Shown here piece after piece: positions 1 through 12,779 of a stretch of DNA of 64,000 nt. The stretch is from Sphagnum compactum. Taxonomy: Eukaryota. The notes beneath the pieces were generated by a model that was given only the letters and a program-made list of their open reading frames with translations, was not told where the DNA came from and did no database searches. Numbering within the stretch: the first letter of the stretch is position 1; every line of letters starts with the position of its first letter. A program made the translations under genes and the position numbers. Location: assembly GCA_965153455.1 (NCBI GenBank), contig OZ234493.1, positions 14,560,213 through 14,624,212 of the forward strand, in the 5' to 3' direction.

Positions 1-1500
1 GCTTCAACAGCCTGAGAAGGTCTCTAATATACTTCCTGGAATTGCAGGAGTCATTTGTATGCTCTCCTTAGCAGTGTCCACAAGTTCCCTCATAGTAACA
101 TGCACTATATCTGCAACACCAGTGCATGAAGTTCAACTCGCTAGAATTCCAGAAACAATTGGGTCTTCAAGAAACAAATCAATCATGGTCACGGAGGGAT
201 CTATCTGCCTGCAATATGCTCAATTCAGTCTCTCCCTTACCAAAAGAAGGCAAAGACATGTGAAACTTAGGTCCATGATCATGACAGATAAAGCACTTCT
301 GCAAGTCTTATGCTTGGGAATACTTCTTATTCTGAAGTGTCCAAACCCTTTGCATGCTTGAGCTCTTAACATAAGAAAAGAAAATTCAGCAATGATTCCT
401 TCCATCAAGTTGAAGATACAGTGACAATGCTCTAACCTTCGCTTTCTCAATGGCCTGAGAAGCTGCACCTATCTGCATTTCAAGTTCAGGAACCCCAATG
501 CCTCTGCCTGAGCATGATGTTACCAGAGTTTGCACAGCAGTTCAACTCTCCTCAGTGCTCGTGCACTGCTGCTTCTAGTGGTGCATCCGTTCCTCAATAA
601 CAAAAGTTTCAGTTGCAACATCAACATATACACTAGGTGCAATCACAGCTGCTCAACCCATTGACAACAGTGACAGATCTTGAAGAAGCAAAATGTCTGA
701 GCTCTGGGTCAAATACTGCACTTTGGCTGCAAGAGCAAATGTGTCCTCTCCTGTAGTCCCTGATCCATTACCATCCTCTCACATTTGTCTTGCTAACACC
801 TTGTAAAATGCACGGGCAAGGTTCTCTTTGCATGCACTTAGAAATACAGCAGATTTTCACCTGTTCCCTCAAGAACATGGAACACAGAAAAATGTCACAG
901 TTGCAAACTCGTGGTATACCTTCACCAATCTAGATCATTTAGAGTCATTGCAGTTTGTTTCTAGGTTTACATCCTGTGATTTCCCCAGTTGATTGAGCTC
1001 TAACATGCAGCCACAAGGATGTGATCCCACAACAACTTGCCACACCATCATGTGCCTTGACAGATGCACAAATAGCTTGCACTTTCTCCATGTGATTGCC
1101 TTGAGCTTGCTAAGATCAAGGCTCGTGGGCAAGAAGCAATCCTTGATGATGAAGCAGCAGCAGCTGATAAACTAGCCCTAGATCCTATGTATGGTACTCA
1201 CCCAGACCCAAAACCTTCACAGAACTCAGAGGCTCACCACGACAAGATGTTCTTCAATTATGAGATCGCCCACTCGACCACCTGGTTTGCAAACAAAACG
1301 GCTTCCCCATGAGTTCCAGTACTGAAACCAAATCATTGAAGCAGCATCACATTTTTTTCTGTTGCAGCTCAGCTTGTGAAATCATCATGTCAAGATCTGC
1401 TATGATCAATCATAATCACTGTGAGCAGCTTGTCATTGCATATCTCCCAAGCAGCTCCCCTTACTGTTTGAAGTTGTTGAAGATACCTACCTAGGCAGAT
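1..1500 (-). pseudogene. Degenerate PPR-like gene remnant, probably truncated by the window edge
   Basis: Minus-strand fragments resemble PPR repeats (HCIFNLMEGIIAEFSFLMLRAQACKG) but are broken by many stops and frameshifts; boundaries approximate. Confidence 0.35.
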
Positions 1501-2555
1501 CTTCAACTCTTACCTGTTTTCTCGCTTGTCTTGGCCTCTTCCGACTACTTACTTAGTCATCATCACCATCAACAGCATGCTCCTTCTGAATACTCGTGGG
1601 ATCCTTGTACCGATTGCAGCTTACAAGCACCTTCTTCTTCTTTTCCGATCAATGCAGCTCCGTGTCATCACCTGCTGGCAGACCCCACACCCAGGGAAAA
1701 AAAATATCTATATCCGCACCTTGAAAGATGGTATCTATGACACTACATCACCCATTGATGATGACAGAAGAGATTGAGCTTCCCAAAAGTGCAAAGTTGC
1801 ACCACCACACATGGTAAGCTCTCATTGCCATCCGTGTTGATGCAACAAACAACTTTCCTCAACTGCAGCCGAGAAATCTACAAGTGCCATGTAAACAGGA
1901 AAAAACTGTTGTAGACTCTGCTGCTGCCACTTGTTGCATCTCCAAAGCTTTTTAATTCACAAAGATCTTCAGCCCGGGTATCTTATCCAGTGCTGCTGTT
2001 GCCAATTGTTAAGAAACAAGCTTCTTCATCTGAAGAATAAGAAGAAGAATCATGCAATCGAGGATGCAATAAACCCTAAATTCGTGGTTCGTTCCTTTGT
2101 ACATGGTGGTTGGTTTCAATCCATTCAATTTCTTATGTTGCTGCGCCAGATCAGTGCGAGAAAAGCGGAGTACAAGCTTATCTTCTTTCACAAAAATTCG
2201 GCACATCATCCATTGCCGCGTAGTGGTGATGATCTGTTTGAATTCTCCGGCTACTTCCGGCTTCTGGAGTTTGCCGGTGTCGACTCAGAAACTGTAGCTA
2301 GAGCTGAAAAACTCCACTTGGGTGAACTTTTCTAGTGGACTGGAGCTGGAATTCTCGTCTTTTAGATGCTGCTGATGTGTGTTTGATAGGCAGTTTTTGG
2401 TTCTCGAGGATTACTCTTGGTTTGCAATCAGCTCCGAGGTTGAATCCCAGGTGTAAGTGTTTTCGAGAGCCACAGCTTTGTGGTGAGGGTTTTTTTCTCA
2501 GAAGAGGTGTAGCTGGAAGTAGTGTGGAGTCTGGAGCGGGGATCCTTGTACAGAG

Positions 2556-4095
2556 ATGACGATGGTGGCACTGGTATGTATGGATCAATCTGTGGGACTA
2601 GGCTCCTTGGCATCCAGATCTTGTAGAGCTGAGCTTCAGACGTTTAGGCCGGGAGAAGCTTCCACTAGTGTTACGGTAGCTAGAGGCTTACAGAATGGAA
2701 GCAGCAGGCCGAGTTTTGTACCCAGGAAAAAACAACAACAACAAGCGCCCCTCGCGTTGTTGTTGCAGCAGCGGCTCACAGCTTTTGCAGAGCAGAAGGA
2801 AGCCCTTTCTGGAGTGGAAGAGAGAATTGGGTCTAGGTTAGGGTTTGAAGACCGGGAGAATTCCGATGGACACTCTATGAACTTTGCTGCAGTTAGTGTC
2901 GATGATCCAACCCTGGCCGCAGCTACTGCGAGCTCGAATGCAACCGTGGCTGTCACAAACCTAGGGAATAACATGCGAAAGATGGAGGCAACTATTGCAA
3001 TCCGGGCGCCATTGGAAGCTGTCTGGGGGGTGTTGACGGATTATGAGCATTTGGCTGATCATATTCCCGGGCTTGCTGTGAGTCAGATTCTTGAGCGACG
3101 GCCTTCTGGAGCTCGGCTTCTTCAGGTGGGTTGTTTGATGCCAACACCCATCCATTACTGTATGTGCTGCCAAATTCTTCATGAGATAAATGCAAGAATT
3201 TTTCTTGAGAAAGAACAGACCCCAAACCCTAACGCTCGGTTGCAGTCTTCTTCTTTGCTTCATATGTGATGGTGTGAAGGAGAAGCTCTATTTTTTGAAT
3301 TCAGTTTGAAGTTTTGTAATTAGCAGGCTGGATGAGCATCAAGGTTGCACATCCACCCAGTTTGCATTCTTGATGAAAAAGAAAGCAATTGGTTGTGGTT
3401 GTTATAGCAGAATCCTTCTTCTTCCTGTTTGGCAGGTTTTTTGTAATATTCTGAGTATGAATGAACATGGGTGGATTTGGACAAGCAGATAGGGCAAAAG
3501 AACTTGGCACTGGGAGTCAAATTCAAAGCAAAAGCTGTGGTGGAAGTATCTGAAGAAGCTGAACAAGAGCTACCAAATGGAACATTGCGGGACCTTCACT
3601 TTGAGACAGTTGAGGGAGATTTCCAGGTTTTCAAAGGCACCTGGCGAATGCATCAGGTATATATCTCTCTCTCTCTCCCTCTTTTTGGTATAATTCCATC
3701 AGGAGATGAACCACATTGTAAAACAAACCCAAGCCACATTTGCTGAAGGACTCAGCCATCTGTGCACCTGGAGGTGTACCTGAAAAAGAATAAAACCTGA
3801 AAATGCTGCAACAGCACTGGAACATGCAATTTTCCCTTTGCTCTCTTCTTATATTTCATTTGTTTGATGATGTAAAGTATATGCTTGACAACAGGTGCAT
3901 TCAGACAAAAGCTCAAAGTCTCCAAGTGCAGAGAAAAATGTGGAGACACACTTGTCTTATATACTGGAAGTGCAGCCAAAGCATTGGATACCAGTAGCAC
4001 TCATTGAAGGTGTTGTGTGTAATGAGGTCATGTGTAATCTAAATTCTGTTCGTAGTGTTGCATTAAGACACAAATTACTCTCTCATCATCCCTAG
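2556..4095 (+). CDS. SRPBCC/START-fold polyketide cyclase/dehydrase family protein, ~312 aa, probable plastid transit peptide; exons 2556-3125, 3489-3656, 3895-4095
   Basis: RKMEATIAIRAPLEAVWGVLTDYEHLADHIPGL, VEGDFQVFKGTW and THLSYILEVQPK motifs; three exons join in phase 0 across GT-AG introns. Confidence 0.9.
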
Positions 4096-5184
4096 ACAGG
4101 ACATCATCCATCAAAGTTTGTCAGTTTTTGTGCTTAGCTCCAAAGTATGATTACCTTCAATATGTTTTTTGTGGACTTTTTCTCTGCAATTTCAGGGATA
4201 ATTTGTTTAGTAATCCATTTTTTTGAACTTCCCCTGGCAAGTCAGAAACAGGTTCTTCTGTAGTATATTGCAACAAATTTACCATCCTGATAATCTGTTG
4301 GAACTCGATACCTTCTCTGCCTGGGCATATACACCAACCAAGAACCACTAGCAAACTGAGTTGAGTCAGCACTTCCTGGGATAACTCTGATGTCTATTTA
4401 GGAGATTCTAGCAAGGGAATGGTAGTCCCTTTCTGTGATTATAGGTGTTTTGGCTAATCAACCTCACCAAAATCACCCTGTTCTTTGTGATGTACTATTT
4501 GATGAGAGGATCCTCATTGTGTGGAGCAATTTTCAGAACACAACTGTATCTTATAGTCTACTTCCTTGTAATTCATGCTATGTCTCAACTCAATCCTCTA
4601 ATTTAGTTTTGGCCCAAGCTCAGTGATAAGTGACAGAGTGCCTACAAAATGGTATGACACTCAAAATGGTTGTCAGTCTAGTCAGAAGTTAAGTCAGTCA
4701 ATTCTCCCTGTTTTTTCCTGTGCACAATTTGCTTCTTTCCAAATGCTTTGTGTTCCTTTCTCTCTCTCTATGCAGGTGAAATTTTCTTCGCAATAAGGTG
4801 TTTTGGTTTGTCTTTGTTCAGACAAGAGGAGGTAGTTGTATCTGACCTCTGAAGAAGATCTAACAAAGAGCTGGTAGTGGGGATACTAAAATCTGATTAC
4901 ACCAATTTCCCTGGTGAGGGAAACTTGAAAAATGCAGCATAGTTTGTCCAACATATGGACCTCCATTCCCTGTGCTGCCATGGGTTGAAGACTGCAAGTG
5001 ATAGGCAATCTCAATCTGCTTCTTGTCTTCAAGCATTCTTTGAAGCTCACAATTTTGTGAGCTGATTCAACCAGCATGTACCTGACCAGCAGCATCCATT
5101 TGATATTCCGGAGGTCATCAAGTCATGACAAAACACATTACCCTGTGTAGTAGTTTTAAGTCTCTTCACAATTGCAAGCAACTG

Positions 5185-5340
5185 ATTGCTGCTACAAGGA
5201 GCATGACATTGTCGAAACAACATTTGTGAATTGCATATACCCAATTGCTACAAGGAGTATGACATTGTGGAAATGAGATTTGTGAATTCCAAGTACCCAA
5301 TTGCTTCAAGGAGCACAACGTTGTGGAAATAAGATTTTGA
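5185..5340. repeat. ~57-bp imperfect tandem repeat, ~3 copies
   Basis: Recurring (ca)attgctacaaggagcatgacattgt.gaaa...atttgtgaatt unit. Confidence 0.7.
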
Positions 5341-5906
5341 CTTGGTGATGGGTTGAGATCTTTTTGTTGTAAGAAGAGGGTTTCTGTTTGTAGCTCTGAT
5401 TACTGTCTTTCTACATATGTCACTCCAAACTGAAGGCTAGATTGAAGAGACAAACAGTTAGTTTCTCTCTCCCAAATTCTCCTCTCGCTGCTTTCAAACG
5501 ATGGGATTTCCTGGGGTGGCGACATGTACGTGCTGAGATATAGGAAGACACTTTTCTCTCCTGACCTTTTGCGTTGCTTTTGTGCAGAAAGGGACAAGTT
5601 TGTTCTTCGTTTTCACCTTCACATCCCACCGCATCTTGTACACATTTTCTGCCCCGAGTGCTGCAACATGAGGCATATGGGCCATGGATAGATATTATTG
5701 TCACAGCTTCAATCTTAGAATGACTGCACCACTTGTCGGTTCCCCAGAAAGCGTTTCTCTCATCTCTGCTTATCCAGAAACCGAAGAATTCTGTGCTTGA
5801 TGGCAGAAAGTACAATGCTATTCAAACCAAAGCAAAACGAGGACTTGCACTCGGAGCTGAATTCTCTTGATGAGCATGCGAGTAATTGAGAAGAATTCCA
5901 GACTGC

Positions 5907-7325
5907 ATGGCTCCGAATCAAGTCGTCCTCGTCGATCTGGGACAAGTATTTCACGATGCGGCTCAACCTCTACTCGATCCCCAACTGTGGCAAAAGCTTC
6001 CAGATCCGCTCATCGCTCTCGTCATCTCCAAACTCCCGCTCCTCAAGCTGATTCGTGCCATCCCCAGTTGCGGCAGGACGATCAGAAGGGAAGTGATGAC
6101 CAATCCTCGCAAACCACTTCTCAGTGTACACAGCAGAATCTACAACAGGGAGAGCTTCTTCCCAACTTTCTGTGAAGGAAAAAAATCTCGGCGGATGTGG
6201 GCATTCAACATGGAATCCGAGCATTGGACTCCTTTGCCCGATTTGAATTTCCTCCCACATGATGCAACTTCCATTCTCGCAGGAACCGGAGGCTTACTCT
6301 GTGTTTCTACTGGTGGCTGCTGCAAGCGACGTCCACAATGCCAAGCTCGTAGTGACGACGGTAGTGGAAGAACCGTCGCCAGCAAGGACGACGACTGGTG
6401 GTCGGATTCCTTGAAGCTTTTGCCTCAGCCAGTTTTCTTCATCTGCAATCCGCTGACGAGAAAGTTTCGGCGGCTTCCACTTATGAATGCGCCTCTGAGC
6501 CTCGCCGTCGCGCACTTAGAAGTGCGTGATTCAGGAGATTACGAGCTTTACATCGTCGGCTGGGTGGAAGCAAACGAGGAAATGATCGTCGCTGCTTACA
6601 GCTCTGGGTGTCATGCATGGACGTACTGGCGCGGGTTGGCAAATGCGCTTCGGCCTGCTCCTCCTCCCCCAACGACGACGACAACGACGCTTTTCGAGCC
6701 CGGACCCAATACTTGTGCAGTCGTTGGACACCGGATTTGGCTTGCTGGAGAGATCAAATGGGCAGGCATTTGGGATTCACGGATCTTGTGCTTCGATCTT
6801 GACTCCAGTTGCTGGAAATATGTTCTCAATTGGCTCACGGGATTCGAAGCTCCGAGAATTGTCCGTTGTACCGCGGAGGACGACGATGATTGCGTGTTCA
6901 TTGCATCCCAGCTGACGCGCTACCCGTTCACCGTATACATTCTTCAAGTTACCGCAGTTGGCAGCAGCGACCAAGATTCATCAGCTTCCATGACTTCCAA
7001 GCAGCGCACCAACTGCTTTCGAGAAATTGCTCAAATGCCGCATGATCTTCAGTTGCTCTTCTTCACGGACGACGTATCATCATCATCAGCAAACCGCACC
7101 AGCGCCTTCAAGCTCGCTTGGGAATGCCGATCAGGCAATGGATGCATTTGTTTCTACAATCCCAGCAACGGCGGCTTGGCTTGGTTTTGCTTGAAAGCTC
7201 AGATCTGGAGAACCTTGCCTCAGCAATGGGGATTCACACAATCCAAAGCTCTGCGGTCCTTTGAGTCTCCTTATACCTCAATGAGTAACTGTGTTTGGAA
7301 CCCTTCCTTCATTGCCCTTGTGTAA
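5907..7325 (+). CDS. Intronless F-box protein with kelch/FBA-like beta-propeller C-terminus, ~472 aa
   Basis: F-box-like LDPQLWQKLPDPLIALVISKLP, then GGLLCV and FFICNPLTRKFRRLP; first ATG at 5907 (the ORF track starts at a TTG). Confidence 0.88.
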   Translation: MAPNQVVLVDLGQVFHDAAQPLLDPQLWQKLPDPLIALVISKLPLLKLIRAIPSCGRTIRREVMTNPRKPLLSVHSRIYNRESFFPTFCEGKKSRRMWAFNMESEHWTPLPDLNFLPHDATSILAGTGGLLCVSTGGCCKRRPQCQARSDDGSGRTVASKDDDWWSDSLKLLPQPVFFICNPLTRKFRRLPLMNAPLSLAVAHLEVRDSGDYELYIVGWVEANEEMIVAAYSSGCHAWTYWRGLANALRPAPPPPTTTTTTLFEPGPNTCAVVGHRIWLAGEIKWAGIWDSRILCFDLDSSCWKYVLNWLTGFEAPRIVRCTAEDDDDCVFIASQLTRYPFTVYILQVTAVGSSDQDSSASMTSKQRTNCFREIAQMPHDLQLLFFTDDVSSSSANRTSAFKLAWECRSGNGCICFYNPSNGGLAWFCLKAQIWRTLPQQWGFTQSKALRSFESPYTSMSNCVWNPSFIALV

Positions 7326-7470
7326 GAGGAGTCACTCAAGGCTCAAAACATCAAAAGCTTCTTGCAAAGCCTTCCTTCACTGCCCTTGTGTAAGAGGAGT
7401 CACTCAAGGCTCAAAACATCAAAAGCTTCTTGCAGAGCCTTCCTTCACTGCCCTTGTGTAAGAGGAGTCA
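7302..7470 (+). repeat. 68-bp tandem repeat, ~2.5 copies, overlapping the F-box stop codon
   Basis: ccttccttca(t/c)tgcccttgtgtaagaggagtca recurs at 7302, 7370 and 7438. Confidence 0.9.
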
Positions 7471-8446
7471 TTCTACGTTCAAAAGATCACAAGATTCTAG
7501 CAGTATCCACAACTATTATTGTAGGTTGAACTTTGAACACAAGCACTCTGCATCCAAATGTGGAAGAACTTCAGGAAGCAAAAAAACAGTGTGAGTGCAA
7601 TGATGATACATTGAGAAAAAAGAGAAAGGCATGGAGCAACCTGGACAGAGAGAGAAAGAGTGCATGCTTGATGAAGCTCGAAATTTGTGTTCAGACAGAG
7701 CAACAAGTGTGTTCTTCATGTGTATTCACAGTTGATCTGGTGACTCTTCTGAATTCTACCAGGATTGAAGAAGACTCCAGGTTTGTATTGTTACTTAGAC
7801 CTAAAACACACTATCGTCCTGTACATCAGTACACCAGTAGACATATCCTTGTGATAGATAGGTTTTGATTTTGTCTCAAGAACTAGTGGACCCTGAGTCT
7901 TTGGTAACGAAAGCAACTAGAGCTGCAACCTGCAATTTTCTACTGAGCTCAAAGGAGAAGAATTCATATAGATGGTAATTTGTTGAATGTTTCCATGAGT
8001 GGTTGTTTCTTTCTTGTGCAGTGCAGTTGCATCCTGTTGACCTGCTTCGACCTCTGGCTTTTTGCAGAGCCTTCCTTTGACCTAGCCTCCTGCCACCCCA
8101 CATTGTGGAAGCCCTGGCAGCAGAGCCTTTCTTCAGTCTAAGTGTCCCCCCCCATTGTGGTAGCCCTGGCAGAAGTGTTCTTCTTAGATCTAGCCTTCCC
8201 AGAATGCTGCAACCCTGGCACCACATCCTGCAGAAAGATCTCTTCACACTCATTATAACAGAATCACTCAAAGCTCTTTCACAATAGCAACATGCCAATG
8301 CATTTTGTAGAAACCATCAAGCTCCAGTAGTATCCAGTAGAATCCAGTAGTGGGGCATGAAGCAATCTCTGCAATGTTATAGCAATTTTGTCTCTAAAAG
8401 CACAAGATGACACACTAACACCTTGGTAGCGACTACATTCCAAAGT

Positions 8447-9816
8447 TCAGACTTCTGCTAAAAGAGTCACCTTCTCATCCTCAGGACTGCCTTCAGAGGT
8501 GGTGCCATTGAAGTCCACAAGACTACGCTGTGAATCTTCAGGAATAGAGGCAAATGAACGAGCAGGTCTGGATGTGCGGTTGTAGGCTGGTGTGCTGTTT
8601 GCCATGGAAGATACAGAGGTTGTCCGCCCTCGCCGCTGGTGTGCTGAGGTAATGGTGTTTGATTTGAGTCGTGCTTTTCGTCCCTGTACATCATGAACCC
8701 TCATAACCCTCAAAACAGCGGCACAGCTAGGGTTTATTGCCAGGAAAAAACTCTGGGAAGTGTAAAAATTGCAGATTGAAACGGGGCATCCCATCTCGTG
8801 ACGCATTCACCATACTGATGCCCAATGTTGCCCAGGAAACAAGCAGATTACCTTGTTCAAGACTTTTATGATGAACAGCATCCACAACAACTCTTTGGGA
8901 AGAAGATACTTGAAAACACAAAAATTTGGAGGTCTACTGGCACAGTACATGCCTCTTGCCAAAAACTAACCACATATTCAGAACATAAATACTGCACATA
9001 GGTCTCACTCTCAAACTAACAATTAACCCTAACAATCACACAGAATAGACCGAATTCCACAAGCTGGCAACCTTCTTCATGGGTGCATAGATTTCACCTT
9101 GCCCATGCACTTTTCGAGATGTGGAGCAAATCGACCAGCAACAATAGGATGCCCGCAATTCATGCAATCAAAAATGTCCTGAGCAATAGTGGGATGTGAG
9201 AGACCAAACACATCAAAGGTATACTTGCCCCCAGTCTCAGATCCACCAATGTCAACATCACCCACAGTGGCTCGTGCATGGGCTGACATCTGTGCTTCCT
9301 CTTCCTCCTCGTTGTCAAGTCTGTAGTCAAACCCCAGGCGAGCTGCCCTATGCGCCTCAGCTGCCACATCAACTATGAGTGAATCCAGCAACTCTGCAAA
9401 CACATTCTGTGCCTGTTGCATGCACCCCCCCCCCCCCCACACACACACACACACATACATCAACAATCAAAATCCACAAAATTTTACAAATCAGAACAAA
9501 TTCATATGACACAACAGAAGGAAAATTTGAACAATTGAGCAATGTTTCTCTTCCCACATCCCAACAACTGTCTAGATTGCAGATATGGGAGATTGATGAG
9601 CAACTGCTTCACATTACCAAGTTGTGATATAAATTAGAGTAGATGTGTGACCAAGAAAATTCCAACGGAGTTTGACATAGCAGCAAATCCAAATCCAAGA
9701 AATAAGAGGGTACAACCAAATATGAGACTAGTATTTTTCTCCTGGGAACCTAATTGCAAACTTCTTCCACATAATTAACCTGCCTGAACTGGAGATTTCA
9801 AGCTGGCAACCACCAT
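8447..9816 (-). CDS. SGF11: SAGA deubiquitination module subunit SGF11; exons 9816-9784, 9412-9098, 8683-8447 (possible further 3' exon via donor at 8470)
   Basis: FAELLDSLIVDVAAEAHRAARLG and the zinc finger FDCMNCGHPIVAGRFAPHLEKCMGK|GRKAR; splice phases consistent if intron 1 is GC-AG. Confidence 0.9.
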
Positions 9817-12779
9817 GGCTACCCTCCACTGCAACAGCTTCTCTTGCTGGCCTGAAGTCCCACCCACACAGCACCAGCAACCTTCACATGCTCTTCAATC
9901 ACCGCTTCCACTGAAAGCTGCCATTGGGGTTGCTCCCCTTGTCTAAGCACACACACAAACTTGCAAAATTCATGAAATCCTCTCAAACGACTCCACAATG
10001 CGGAAAATTTCCAAACAACCAGAGACTCCAAAACACCCCGCCTGGATCCTCTTAATTCTTCTCAAAATTCTCACAACCACCACCCCAAGAAAAGAAGCTC
10101 TACAAAACAATGTGACAACTTCTGAAAAGCTCTGCAACGCTCAAAACAGAAAAATAAAAATAAAAAATGAAATGAAACTCATCAATAATTTATGACACAG
10201 GAGCATGCATCTCTTACCTTGAATTTTGCAAGAAAGTCGATCTGGTGAGCTGGGCTTTTCTTCTTCTTCTTCGGGACTCTGTTGCAACCGAAACCCTAGA
10301 TTTCACCCCTCGATCGCCGGATGCGTCCGAAGAAGCGTTTAGAGCTGCTTTTTGTTCTATTACTTTTTTGGAACGGCGCCCGATGGATGAAAGTACGTGT
10401 AAGGATGGAAAACATCTCTGTCCCAAATTCAATGAACAATGTTTTCTGTCCTAAATGGATGCCAAAACGCCTTTCTCACATCCAAAATGCGGCTGATAGT
10501 TGACATCGAAAGCATTTACACATATAGCGCGCAATTTCATCTTTTGAATCGCAGAACATACTACTTATGTGAAAATATACAATTACGACAACATTTATCG
10601 TTTAAATCATGGAGTGTGAAGTTTTTTTTTTAAAGTGAAAATTCACAATATTTTGATGTAAATATTGGGCTAGTGAAATTGAACAGGTGTTTTTATTTTA
10701 AAAAATTAGCCCAAATATCACAAAAATCTCATAGAAAACTTTCAACCTCGTCATGATGAAAGCAAAGGGAAAGCAAATGTCACCTCCCATCGTCCAGTGA
10801 AAATCATCACTTGCAAAGGCCTAACCATCTTTTGTTTAAGGTAAAGCCATAGGTCAAGAGCATTACCAAAATAAGGGCACCGAAGGCATAGCCGAATGTA
10901 GGCCTGATTTTGGTAATGCCCTCGATTGAGAACTTTACCCCAACATAAGGACTTGCCAAAAATTTAGTGGAGAAACTGAGGCGAAATAGGATGGGGGCAT
11001 TATGAAAAACAAAATGCCCTCCCAAAACTGGATGAAAAAATATGCTTTGCAAGGTTATTTCCACATACACTACAAAATTTGTGGCATGTCATTACGACCT
11101 AGGTCACTAGATCTTTGCCCTAATGGCCTTTGATTTTGTAACTCTAACCCTTTCCCTCAAACCCATTTTCACTCCAAAAAAATGTTCCTTGAAAACTCAT
11201 TTTCATTTGTCAATGTGCAAGCCTCAAGGTGCACAATACACATTGCAACAAACTTGCAAAGTTGTGTTCATTCTTTAATGCACATTGAATCATTCTTTAC
11301 AATCGTTGCTTTCGAATTGAACTTGTTTTTGCTAGCTTGCACATGAGATAGAAAGGTGGCAGCTCAACATGATTCAAACTTCAAGAATGTTTAAAGTTCC
11401 AATTACTAGTAAGTTTTTAAACTTTTCAAATAACTTGTTCGTTTCATGGTTTTGACTTTTTATATGCAGTATTCACTAAATGCTTATACCGAATGTTTTG
11501 TGTTGTTTGTGTGTGTAATGTTGAGTTTCAACTCACCAAGGCACCAGTGACCTCTAGGTTTTTGTGATTTGAATTATTTATGCAAGGCACATAGATTTCG
11601 TGTTTGAAATGATTATGTGAAACAAGTGGTTGTGCTACACTCCTAAGTGATGATTCACAAGGTTTAAAGATGCATGCGCATAGTCACGCTTGAATTTCGT
11701 CACAAACCTACATTTGAGCTGAATCCTTTATGTTTAAACCTTTTGAATCACAAGTTGAATTTGTTGTTTGGGATTTGTAAATCATTTTTCATTTTTGGTC
11801 TTAGTCATGTTTTCACACTTCTAAAATTTAAGTAATTTTAAATTTAAATATTTCTTTGGTAGTCAAGTCTCAAAAGAAGACTTTGCACCTATTAACTTTG
11901 TTTCTTAATCAATGTACTTAAATTCAGTCATATGATGAACAAAGAAATTAATTGCATGATCTTGAATTGATAATTACTCCACTTCAAAATTTTGACACTA
12001 TTAAACAAGGGTATCATTTATAGGTATCACTTTTGGGTATTTCAACATTGAATAAATGGATTTGAGTTATGAGGCCTATATAAAGTTTTAAAGTAATTCA
12101 CCATTGTCTTTGGTAAAAATCCCACTTTAGGTGTGAATTTAAATTGTTTGTTAACATATGGCAATATCAACTAGTGTATAACTCATTATCAAATAATGTG
12201 TGGCATTGTTTAGTAATGTATGGACTTATCAACTTATGTATGGCATTATTGAACATTGTTTAGTTTATTGGTCAAAAGTGTGTGACATTATCAAGCAATG
12301 TATAGGCTTATTCCAATCAACATATGGCATTGTTGGCCATTGTATAATGTCAAGGTGTCAATAGCAAATTGTTTACCCAACAAGAATGCCAACAAAGTTT
12401 AAAAGAACACAAGGTTGACATGTGGCTAATGGGGGGGGGGGGGGGAGGGGTGTGTGTTCTTCTAGAAGCTTCTCAAGAACTTTGAATGGAACATTTTCAT
12501 TTTTTCCAACTTTTTATGAAAATGATTTATGGAGGTGAAAAAGAAGTGTTGTGGAGATGGTGATAGGGAACTTTTGGAGGAAAAAAGGAACCGTGGATAT
12601 AATGATGGGGAGAGGGCAAGTAAGAAGTAAGAAGATGATTTTTCATGGTAATCAAGGACAAAGAAATCCAATCTTGAGGAAACGGGAACAATAAATAAAG
12701 AAAATGAATAATAGGAACTTTGAAGTGATGATCACCACAAGTTTAGGATGTTTTTGTTGTAAAAACACCATGGGTGAAG

